From a virus, in UHGV virus genome UHGV-0134856: a DNA stretch of 35,674 bases; one strand, given 5' to 3'. The notes below the pieces were generated by a model. The model ran no database searches, was not told where the DNA came from, and saw only the letters and a program-made list of their open reading frames with translations. The position numbers and the translations under genes were made by a program. This document shows positions 1-7,109 of the stretch, in pieces; position 1 is the stretch's first letter; each line of letters opens with the position of its first letter.

Positions 1-8
1 TTTTCCCA

Positions 9-63
9 TGGTAGCCGGAGTGGGACTTGAACCCACACAGCGCGAACGCCGAGGGATTTTAAA
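9..63 (-). other. 3' 55-nt fragment of tRNA-Leu(UAA) (anticodon loop to CCA); att core/identity segment, not an intact tRNA gene
   Basis: Reverse complement reads TTTAAAATCCCTCGGCGTTCGCGCTGTGTGGGTTCAAGTCCCACTCCGGCTACCA. It matches the 3' part of enterobacterial leuZ with compensatory T-stem changes. The sequence 5' of it (64-95) cannot form an acceptor or D arm. Confidence 0.8.
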
Positions 64-198
64 TTGGTTGTTAAAACAAATAAAATCAATGGCTTATGAT
101 TTTTTTCCGAACATACAGCAAAGCTCCAACAGTTTAAATACATACACTTACAAACTAGTTTCTATCAATCTTCGGAATGGTTATTGAATAAAAATGCG

Positions 199-438
199 CT
201 AATCCGTTGCCTTGTACCACGCCTGCCAGCGATAAATATTTGTCCTCAGTTCCCGCACGCATTCCATCGTCTGAGTATCTGCCTGCAGGTCTTCGTCACT
301 ATCCCGCCCCGCGTCACTTGCCTTGCACGGTGGGTTCATCAAATCCTGGGATATTGTTGGCCGCATCGATTGCTCGCTGCCGCAGCTGCACAGCGTGATC
401 GTCAAAATCGCACTTAATATGATTCGGGTCGTTAACAT
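199..438 (-). CDS. o-spanin (Rz1-like outer-membrane lipoprotein), starts inside the i-spanin gene and extends past its end (overlapped architecture)
   Basis: N-terminal signal MLTTRIILSAILTITLCSCGS with Cys (lipobox-like), proline and cysteine in the short mature part, +1 frame within and beyond the Rz-like gene. Confidence 0.45.
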   Translation of the reverse strand: MLTTRIILSAILTITLCSCGSEQSMRPTISQDLMNPPCKASDAGRDSDEDLQADTQTMECVRELRTNIYRWQAWYKATD

Positions 439-673
439 ATTTCACCACGTCTCGGTAAATGATCCGGTAAATCACTTTACCCTCTGCACTGGCCGCCGCC
501 GCTTTCTGCTCGCCGATGGCGACGGCTTTCTCAGCTTTCTTCTGCTTCGCTTTTGCCTGGCTGTTAACGTGCTCGCTGTGCGCATACCACCCTTTGAGGT
601 AACCTACATAAAAGGTACCGACAAAAAACGCCAGCAGAACGGCCAGCGCTAACAGCTTTGCTTTTATCGTCAC
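314..673 (-). CDS. i-spanin (Rz-like type II inner-membrane protein)
   Basis: N-terminal TM (KAKLLALAVLLAFFVGTFYVGYL) followed by charged coiled-coil. GTG start at 673 with GGGGGA SD, overlapping the endolysin stop (GTGA). The ORF track's longer start at 691 is an alternative. Confidence 0.6.
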   Translation of the reverse strand: MTIKAKLLALAVLLAFFVGTFYVGYLKGWYAHSEHVNSQAKAKQKKAEKAVAIGEQKAAAASAEGKVIYRIIYRDVVKYVNDPNHIKCDFDDHAVQLRQRAIDAANNIPGFDEPTVQGK

Positions 674-1206
674 TGGTCTATCCCCCAGCACGCTAACGCG
701 CTTTCCTGATCCCGGCGCTCAACCTGACCATAGCAGCCATTCTTCTGGCCTTTGGTCAGTCTACAGTCACGGCCACCGTCTTTAATCCACCAGCGGATAG
801 CTTCGCATGCCCCTTTCCGATCACCGGCATTGATGCGTTTATAGAACGTTGACGGGAAGCATTTGCCGGGTCCGATGTTGTACGGACAGAAGGATGCGAT
901 ACCGGCTTTCTGCGGTTCGGTCAGAGGAACTTTGATATTGCGGTTTACCCATGCCAGCGCTTTATCGCGCTCGATGGCGTTTACCTGATCGCATTTAGCC
1001 TGTGTAAGCTTCATGCCCTGCACCACCGGTCTGCCATCCACCATCGTGGCGCCACGGCAAATCGTCCAGATGCCGCCACCGTCTTTGTACGCGGTTAGGC
1101 TGTTTCCCTCTTTCTCATTCAGGAACTGGTCAAGAATGACAGATGCTGGCGCGCCAGCGAGCACCAGCCCCAGAACAGCAGCACTTAGTTTCGACCTGTT
1201 ATTCAT
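670..1206 (-). CDS. SAR endolysin, T4-lysozyme family (GH24) muramidase
   Basis: Catalytic E-x8-D-x5-T triad (NEKEGNSLTAYKDGGGIWTICRGAT), weakly hydrophobic Ala/Gly/Leu-rich N-terminal signal-anchor-release segment, position between holin and spanins. Confidence 0.9.
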   Translation of the reverse strand: MNNRSKLSAAVLGLVLAGAPASVILDQFLNEKEGNSLTAYKDGGGIWTICRGATMVDGRPVVQGMKLTQAKCDQVNAIERDKALAWVNRNIKVPLTEPQKAGIASFCPYNIGPGKCFPSTFYKRINAGDRKGACEAIRWWIKDGGRDCRLTKGQKNGCYGQVERRDQESALACWGIDQ

Positions 1207-1532
1207 GATTGGATCTCCGTCTCGGCCATAACGCGCTGTACCTTCGCGACGACTTCATCGGTCTGGTCGATACTGTGGGAATCTGAGCGGCTAAGATATT
1301 CGATAACCGCACGTGTACGCTGGCGGTCTAACGCCAGACGCTCCGCTGATGCGTGGCGATCGGCTTTAATCTTTGCCCTGCGGTCAAGCCAGCCAAGCAG
1401 GGAAAGAAGGAAGCCGAGAACGGCCAGGACAAGATAGGTAAGGTCTAACGTCGTAATTCCGAGATAAGCAGCAATCGTCGTGATACCGTTACCGAACCAT
1501 GACAACCAGTTATTTTGTGGATTCATCCTCAT
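1203..1532 (-). CDS. Holin (two TMDs) with dual-start motif
   Basis: 109 aa, two hydrophobic helices, charged C-terminus, N-terminal Met-Arg-Met dual start as in lambda S107/S105, directly upstream of the endolysin. Confidence 0.7.
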   Translation of the reverse strand: MRMNPQNNWLSWFGNGITTIAAYLGITTLDLTYLVLAVLGFLLSLLGWLDRRAKIKADRHASAERLALDRQRTRAVIEYLSRSDSHSIDQTDEVVAKVQRVMAETEIQS

Positions 1533-1586
1533 GCCTTACCCCCGCGGGGTCCACTTTTGATAGCGGTGAGGGTAAGACGCTCACCC

Positions 1587-1602
1587 GGTCGGAATCCCGA
1601 CT
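1587..1602 (-). promoter_or_regulatory. Late-unit hairpin motif copy a (GGTCGGAATCCCGACt), about 55 nt upstream of the holin start
   Basis: 16-bp inverted repeat, member of a 5-copy family. Confidence 0.5.
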
Positions 1603-1729
1603 ATATTGTGGAGGTCGATTCAGGCAACCACTGATGGTAAACTCTCTCCAATCCTTAAAAAACCTCGAAAGACCTGGGTTTATCGTGGCTGTTAAGAGGC
1701 GACGAACTGTTAATTAAATCGAAAAGGCA

Positions 1730-1915
1730 ATGTCTATGGTGGAATCAATTTCTAATAACTTTGTGAGATTTGCAGCCTTACTGAGCGCTATAGGATTAAT
1801 AAAAAGGCATAGTGAAGGCAATAGCGTAATGAATTTGATAGAGATTGTCATGATAGCTATGTGGCTGCAAATGGATTACGGAAAAATTTTATCTTTATTA
1901 AAAAAATCACATTGA
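1730..1915 (+). CDS. Small hypothetical protein (61 aa) immediately upstream of the acyltransferase; possible leader or membrane peptide of the moron
   Basis: AT-rich ORF ending 4 nt before the acyltransferase start; no recognisable domain. Confidence 0.3.
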   Translation: MSMVESISNNFVRFAALLSAIGLIKRHSEGNSVMNLIEIVMIAMWLQMDYGKILSLLKKSH

Positions 1916-1919
1916 AATC

Positions 1920-3053
1920 ATGGTTAATATGAAAACAGAAAAACTTAATGGAATTGAGGCGCTAAGGGGTATCGCTGCCTTGGTTGTTGCACTTGGTCAT
2001 AACCGGGGACTATTTGGACAGGTAGATCCTGGGTCCTTTATGGATAGAATCACGGCAAATGCTATATTTGGCGTTGAAGTTTTCTTCATAATTAGCGGTT
2101 TTATAATCTGCTATTCTACCAGAAACATAAAGGCGCCATCACTAAGAAATACATCCGCCTTTCTTATTAAAAGATTTTTCCGCATATACCCGGTATATTT
2201 TGTAATACTATCCATATACGTACTGCTTTTTTATAAGAATTTGTATACAGGAATCCATGCAGGTGGAGAACTGACTATACATAACATTATAAAGTCTATT
2301 TTCCTAATACCGCTGGATTGGAACTCATTACCACCTTACTATGGATGGGGAACTATAATCGTTTCGTGGTCACTTGGGTATGAGCTGTATTTTTATTTTG
2401 TATTTGCAATTTCCATGACAATAAGTATTAAATACAGGGCTATTATTTCATCATTAATATTGATAGCAGTCAGTATTTCTTTATCTTTGGCATTAAGCGA
2501 TAACATTATAATTGATGCGCAAAAATATTATTTCCAGGGAGGTTTTTTACTCTCTCATTTTGGATTTATAGGAAACCCAATTGTCTTTGATTTTATACTT
2601 GGAATGTTGATTTCACATATCACTCCTTATATTGACAGATTAAATATTAACAATGACATAGTTAACAGTTTCGCCATAGCATTCCTTGGCCTGTCATTCG
2701 TGTTTTGGTTGAATGGTATGTCAGAAGGTCATGGTATAACAAGATCTGCCTATATAGCATTCACTATAGTTATTTGCGTAATCACTCTTGAAAAGCACTC
2801 AATTATAAAATTCAGCAATGCCCTTACATCATTAGGCGCAATATCATACTCACTTTATTTGATACATGTGCCCGTAATAAAGTTTATAGAACTATATGGT
2901 CAACTTATTGGCTTAAACACTAATGTTAGATCGCTTGCACTGTATATATCGTCAATTACAATATCAATATGCCTTGCTTATATAATATATAACGCAATTG
3001 AAAAACCATTCATTAATACAGGCGCAAAACTAGCAAGGCGGATTTCTAAATAA
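1920..3053 (+). CDS. Acyltransferase family 3 integral membrane protein (O-antigen/LPS O-acetyltransferase type; lysogenic conversion moron)
   Basis: About 10 predicted TM helices, N-terminal EALRGIAALVVALGH motif typical of Acyl_transf_3, very AT-rich relative to flanking phage DNA, opposite strand to the late genes. Confidence 0.85.
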   Translation: MVNMKTEKLNGIEALRGIAALVVALGHNRGLFGQVDPGSFMDRITANAIFGVEVFFIISGFIICYSTRNIKAPSLRNTSAFLIKRFFRIYPVYFVILSIYVLLFYKNLYTGIHAGGELTIHNIIKSIFLIPLDWNSLPPYYGWGTIIVSWSLGYELYFYFVFAISMTISIKYRAIISSLILIAVSISLSLALSDNIIIDAQKYYFQGGFLLSHFGFIGNPIVFDFILGMLISHITPYIDRLNINNDIVNSFAIAFLGLSFVFWLNGMSEGHGITRSAYIAFTIVICVITLEKHSIIKFSNALTSLGAISYSLYLIHVPVIKFIELYGQLIGLNTNVRSLALYISSITISICLAYIIYNAIEKPFINTGAKLARRISK

Positions 3054-3058
3054 CGTAA

Positions 3059-3090
3059 GGGCGTCTCACGACGCCTTATTTTTATACGTT
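3059..3090. terminator. Bidirectional rho-independent terminator between the acyltransferase (+) and tailspike (-)
   Basis: AAGGGCGTC-tcac-GACGCCTT stem followed by ATTTTTAT on plus, with a U-rich tract also on the minus side. Confidence 0.7.
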
Positions 3091-5076
3091 TGTCCCGTCA
3101 GCCCTCTGCCAGTTACCAGATGTTGCATTCCAGTAGATTGGAAGCCCCAATGTTGTATCGAAATAGGTGAACCCCATTCCAACACCTGTCGGCCTTGATG
3201 AGGTGGATCCGCTATAAAATGTGTCTGGAACTCCACGGCAAGCTAACACTCTATTTTTTGAACCCGGGTTTGTATTAATGTATATCTTTGTTGTCTGATC
3301 GTCATCTAGCTGAATACCCATTAGCGTAATATCAGTACAGCTAGCTGCTGGATCAGTAAATCCAATAGGCTGTACGTAATAACCACCATATGAGTACGAT
3401 GTCCCCATGGCTCCTCCAGATACTGTGGATTGCTTGCTGTTGCTTAGTGACATTCCTCCGGTTTTATTCCCATTTAAAATGTTTCCTCCAAAGTTACATT
3501 GAAACAGATTTAGGGCCCTAAGACCAAATGCGCCGCAATACGTAATCACATTATCTGAGAAGGTTCCAGAAACGCTGTTAGTTATTAAAACTCCGTCTTT
3601 TCCAAGGTCTCTACCAGCAGAGATGAGATTTCCAGTTATAGTGAAATAAGCAAGTCTGTCAAGGTCTAATGCAGATCCACGAATTGCATCCATAACACAA
3701 TGATTAATATGTATAGGGAATCCGTATGTTTTATCGCCAGGCAGTAACCCTGGCGCTGTGTATCTCTGGCGAACAACAAATTCTCCGTTATAGAAAATGC
3801 TGTTTGAGAGAACTGCATCTGTCGTATCAATCAAATCAATTGGTGAATTAGAGGAAAAGCAGTTTAACCACCGAGGCATCTCGCTAAGGTGATTATATGT
3901 ATTCGTCGTAGCTGCTCCGTAGAATGGACTACCCCAACGCTGGCAGAATATATAATCAATATAATGGAAGTTATCCATTATTGTCCCGGTGTTGTAGAAG
4001 AAACAGCGTTCCCACAGTGCGTGTTTCAAATGCCGGAATAAAAACGCGCTCGTGAGGGAAACATCCGCAGCGAATGTAAGATTACGAAATACTCCTCCAC
4101 GAACCTGGTTAGCATCTTCTGGTCCAGTTCCGTTTGCTGTGAACATGACGAATGTTGCATCAGTACCTGGATATTTTAGTTCAGTGTTAAAACCTAGACC
4201 TTCAATATTCCAGTTTGGAGGTAAAACAACCTCTCGCGTCTTCATATAGTAAATACCGGAGCTTCTAAGTCTGACGTTAGGGGATTTTACAAACGCTTTT
4301 GTGAATGCAAGGCTATTATCTACATTCATGTCATTAACCTTGCCGCCAAAATCTTCCAGAAAAACGAAATCATCGAGCTTGTCCTGCACGGTTCTTGGCA
4401 CACTGCCATCCGCAGGATACTGATATCCAATCTGTGAAGATCCTGTAGGCTTCGCCAGCTCTATCATCACGTCAGAGGCAGACCCTGATTCTGGCAACAC
4501 CGGAATAGGGTCACCTGAATTATTAAATGCCAGCAGTTTATTGCGACGCAGATCCAGCGAAGGTACTAACCCAACGGATTCCTCTGGAACGCGCAGCACC
4601 CGGGATAAAGATATGCTTTCTAAATACTTTTTAGTCACTGCGTCCTGCGCATTTACCGGATCTGCCAGTTTCTCAATACGATAACCCTCTGCATCAAAGG
4701 GACCACCGAACAGCGGGCGGCGAAGTGCCAGACCGAGATGTATACCGTAACGCTGTATCGCCATCCAGAGGCGGTCAAAATCCTTATTAACCGTGTCGGC
4801 CAGGAGGTCGCCGTTATCCTGATAATCGGTCAGCCTGTACGTTGGCACTACCCTCTCCAGCATCACAACCGATCCGCTGGCTGGCGGGGTGATAAAAATC
4901 ACATCCCCGCCGCCGATATTCCCTACCCCGGACACCGTGTACCCGCTAGTAATAACGGTGCCGTTAATTGTGACCTGAATATCACCGGAGTTGATGACAT
5001 AGAACTCGAAGGGAAAAACGGTGGTCAGGCCGTTGGCGTTATAAATTATATATGGAGTCTGGTTCGGTACCGACAT
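3082..5076 (-). CDS. Tailspike / tail fiber: T7 gp17-like N-terminal tail-attachment domain plus right-handed beta-helix (pectate-lyase-like) polysaccharide depolymerase domain
   Basis: N-terminus (YIIYNANGLTTVFPFEFYVINSGDIQVTINGTVITSGYTV...DAEGYRIEKLADPVNAQDAVTKKYL) follows the T7 gp17 N-domain pattern. The rest is Gly/Asn/Ser-rich repetitive beta-helix-like sequence. It sits after terL as in SP6/K1-5-type genomes. Confidence 0.85.
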   Translation of the reverse strand: MSVPNQTPYIIYNANGLTTVFPFEFYVINSGDIQVTINGTVITSGYTVSGVGNIGGGDVIFITPPASGSVVMLERVVPTYRLTDYQDNGDLLADTVNKDFDRLWMAIQRYGIHLGLALRRPLFGGPFDAEGYRIEKLADPVNAQDAVTKKYLESISLSRVLRVPEESVGLVPSLDLRRNKLLAFNNSGDPIPVLPESGSASDVMIELAKPTGSSQIGYQYPADGSVPRTVQDKLDDFVFLEDFGGKVNDMNVDNSLAFTKAFVKSPNVRLRSSGIYYMKTREVVLPPNWNIEGLGFNTELKYPGTDATFVMFTANGTGPEDANQVRGGVFRNLTFAADVSLTSAFLFRHLKHALWERCFFYNTGTIMDNFHYIDYIFCQRWGSPFYGAATTNTYNHLSEMPRWLNCFSSNSPIDLIDTTDAVLSNSIFYNGEFVVRQRYTAPGLLPGDKTYGFPIHINHCVMDAIRGSALDLDRLAYFTITGNLISAGRDLGKDGVLITNSVSGTFSDNVITYCGAFGLRALNLFQCNFGGNILNGNKTGGMSLSNSKQSTVSGGAMGTSYSYGGYYVQPIGFTDPAASCTDITLMGIQLDDDQTTKIYINTNPGSKNRVLACRGVPDTFYSGSTSSRPTGVGMGFTYFDTTLGLPIYWNATSGNWQRADGTNV

Positions 5077-5096
5077 GATGCGAAACCTCTGGCAAG

Positions 5097-6707
5097 TTAG
5101 TAATCGACGTCGACCAGATGATCTCCGTCACTTAACTGCCAATCTTCGCGCGTATGTCCGGTCGGAATCCCGACCACTTTCCCGATGCGTACAGGGGTCT
5201 GACTTATTGCTCCCGCGCCAGAGTCTATAAAGTCGTCCGGCTGGTTGGTCAGCGCCGGGTTAAAGTCACGCATCTGGTCGTACACAGGGCCGTCGAGCAC
5301 GTCAGTATGCGCCCACAGGAACCGCGAGGACAGCGGCGCTTCAAACGCATCGAGGATGCGTTTCTGCTTGTTGGTGATACTGAACTCTTCCCGGACGCCG
5401 CAGCCCGTCCCCTTGAGCGCCTGACGCAGTAATTTACCCGCGAAGCTGCCCGGGCCGTTTACTTCGACACAAACCACTGGGATCTGATATTTGAGCACCA
5501 GCTCTTTGATCTGCGCTACCTGCCCGCCGGTGATTTTGTCGTTATCGTCAAACTCCGCCAGCTCGCCGGTGAGTTCCTGGCAGATATGCCAGTACAGATG
5601 CCCCCTGGCATCCGTCAGCATCAGAGAGAACGCCGAGGCGTCAGCCTTAACCTTGCCAGTGGCCACATCCCACCAGGCGACAGCACCAACTATTTGCACG
5701 TTGCCAAGCCAGAGCGAGGCCGTGCGGTTTGCATAGCGGATCTGAGGGTGAATGTTGTATTCCCGGATGCGGTCAGGGTCGAGGCGAACGTCTCCGACGG
5801 GTTTACTGTGCAGCTGATACTGGCTATCCCACTCGTTAATCGTGCGGGTTTCTTTACGGCGGTTCTCCATTTCTTCACGGGTGAACCGTTCAGGCCAGGC
5901 GCAGTCTGCATAAAAATCGATAACCGTGTCCGGTGCGTCCGCAAACTCAACGCCGGACACGGTCAGCTTATAATCCACGTTTTCGACCAACAGTCGCGCC
6001 GCCTTGTGGATGCCCGCAAAGACATATTCCGGACGGAAAGATAACTCGTAGCGCAGCTGCGTTGCGTCTTTTGCCTCGATGCGTTTTTCTTTATCAAACA
6101 GCCGGATGGTAAGACAGTCAGCGCCCATAGACTCTACCTCATCGTAAAGGCTGTCATGCGTGTGTGGCGTACCAATGTAGAGTTTGCGCCCGCCGGGGAT
6201 CAGGATGTGGGTTTGCTCACCCAGGCGATAGCGCAACTTTTCACGCGCTTCCGGCGTCTGGATATTGCGGGGTACTTCAACGTCATCGTTCTGGCATTCG
6301 TTGGCGCGCGCTGAGGTTACGTTAGACAGGATGCCTTTTGCGTACATGCTGCCGTTACGTAAATCCAGCGCACCATTAACCCACCATTGCTCAACGGTTC
6401 CCTGCCCGTCAGGAAGCATACCTTTGGTCAGCGGATGGTTACGCAGGACGTTCTGAGTGTCACGGCTGGTTTTATACGCGGTTCCGTCTGATTCAGACTG
6501 ATGCAGAATGCGGTACTGACGATCGCAGTAGTATCGCCAGGCATTATAGACCGCAAGGATCGTTGATTTACCGAAACCACGGAAACAGCGAAGCACCGCG
6601 AGGTTTCCGCGATGCTCCAGCCAGTGGCAGGCCTGATAGTGGCAGTCCGGAACGTCCCAGTTCATTCGCTCCGCCCACATTAAAAAGAAGGCGAGGAACG
6701 AAATCAT
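5097..6707 (-). CDS. Terminase large subunit (T7 gp19-like)
   Basis: Walker A FRGFGKST in the same context as T7 gp19 (FRGIGKS), nuclease-like C-terminal half, ATGA overlap with the upstream small subunit. Confidence 0.9.
   Translation of the reverse strand: MISFLAFFLMWAERMNWDVPDCHYQACHWLEHRGNLAVLRCFRGFGKSTILAVYNAWRYYCDRQYRILHQSESDGTAYKTSRDTQNVLRNHPLTKGMLPDGQGTVEQWWVNGALDLRNGSMYAKGILSNVTSARANECQNDDVEVPRNIQTPEAREKLRYRLGEQTHILIPGGRKLYIGTPHTHDSLYDEVESMGADCLTIRLFDKEKRIEAKDATQLRYELSFRPEYVFAGIHKAARLLVENVDYKLTVSGVEFADAPDTVIDFYADCAWPERFTREEMENRRKETRTINEWDSQYQLHSKPVGDVRLDPDRIREYNIHPQIRYANRTASLWLGNVQIVGAVAWWDVATGKVKADASAFSLMLTDARGHLYWHICQELTGELAEFDDNDKITGGQVAQIKELVLKYQIPVVCVEVNGPGSFAGKLLRQALKGTGCGVREEFSITNKQKRILDAFEAPLSSRFLWAHTDVLDGPVYDQMRDFNPALTNQPDDFIDSGAGAISQTPVRIGKVVGIPTGHTREDWQLSDGDHLVDVDY
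5160..5175 (-). promoter_or_regulatory. Late-unit hairpin motif copy d (perfect GGTCGGAATCCCGACC), inside the 3' end of terL and about 85 nt upstream of the tailspike start
   Basis: Perfect 16-mer; placement like the T7 phi17 promoter inside the end of the preceding gene. Confidence 0.5.
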
Positions 6708-7045
6708 TTTTTCCCTTTCTGCAGGCGCTCAATAATCGCGGCCGCCTCTCGCTCAGCTTTTGAAACCTGCTGGCCCAGCGCAAAGGCTTCATCATCCTGA
6801 CCAGGATTATCGGATGGCGTACCGCCGCGCGTTTGCATGCCAATCAGGGAGTGAACCTTAATCAGCAGCGTCAGCGATGCGGCTGCATTCTTCTTATCCC
6901 AGTAGCGATCACCGCGTTCATCCTTGGTCAGTTCGCTCGGTTTCTTCCCCGCCCCCGGCCAGTTTTCCGGATCGGCTTCTTCGAGCACCACGTCGGTGAG
7001 TTTATCACTCAGTGCGGTAAGGCGTGTTTTGTAATCCTGATGCAT
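6704..7045 (-). CDS. Putative terminase small subunit (gp18 analogue)
   Basis: 113-aa hydrophilic protein directly upstream of and overlapping terL. The start at 7045 is chosen because the longer frame would place the intergenic hairpin motif inside the ORF; RBS is poor. Confidence 0.5.
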   Translation of the reverse strand: MHQDYKTRLTALSDKLTDVVLEEADPENWPGAGKKPSELTKDERGDRYWDKKNAAASLTLLIKVHSLIGMQTRGGTPSDNPGQDDEAFALGQQVSKAEREAAAIIERLQKGKK

Positions 7046-7073
7046 AAAAAAGCCCCGTAGTGAATACAGGGCT
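7046..7073 (-). terminator. Weak intrinsic terminator-like hairpin plus U6 immediately before the terS start
   Basis: AGCCC-N11-GGGCT followed by TTTTTT on the minus strand. Confidence 0.3.
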
Positions 7074-7091
7074 ATGATGGAACAGTCCAGA

Positions 7092-7107
7092 GGTCGGAAT
7101 CCTGACC
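7092..7107 (-). promoter_or_regulatory. Late-unit hairpin motif copy b (GGTCGGAATCCtGACC), between the 963-aa internal virion gene and terS
   Basis: 15/16 match to the family consensus; the G-U wobble keeps the stem intact. Confidence 0.5.
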
Positions 7108-7109
7108 GA

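Noticed and set aside
9-95. Possibility of an intact tRNA gene at the left edge
   Set aside because: Only the 3' 55 nt match tRNA-Leu. The 32 nt upstream (64-95) cannot pair with the acceptor 3' strand or form a D-arm, so this is an att fragment, not a gene.
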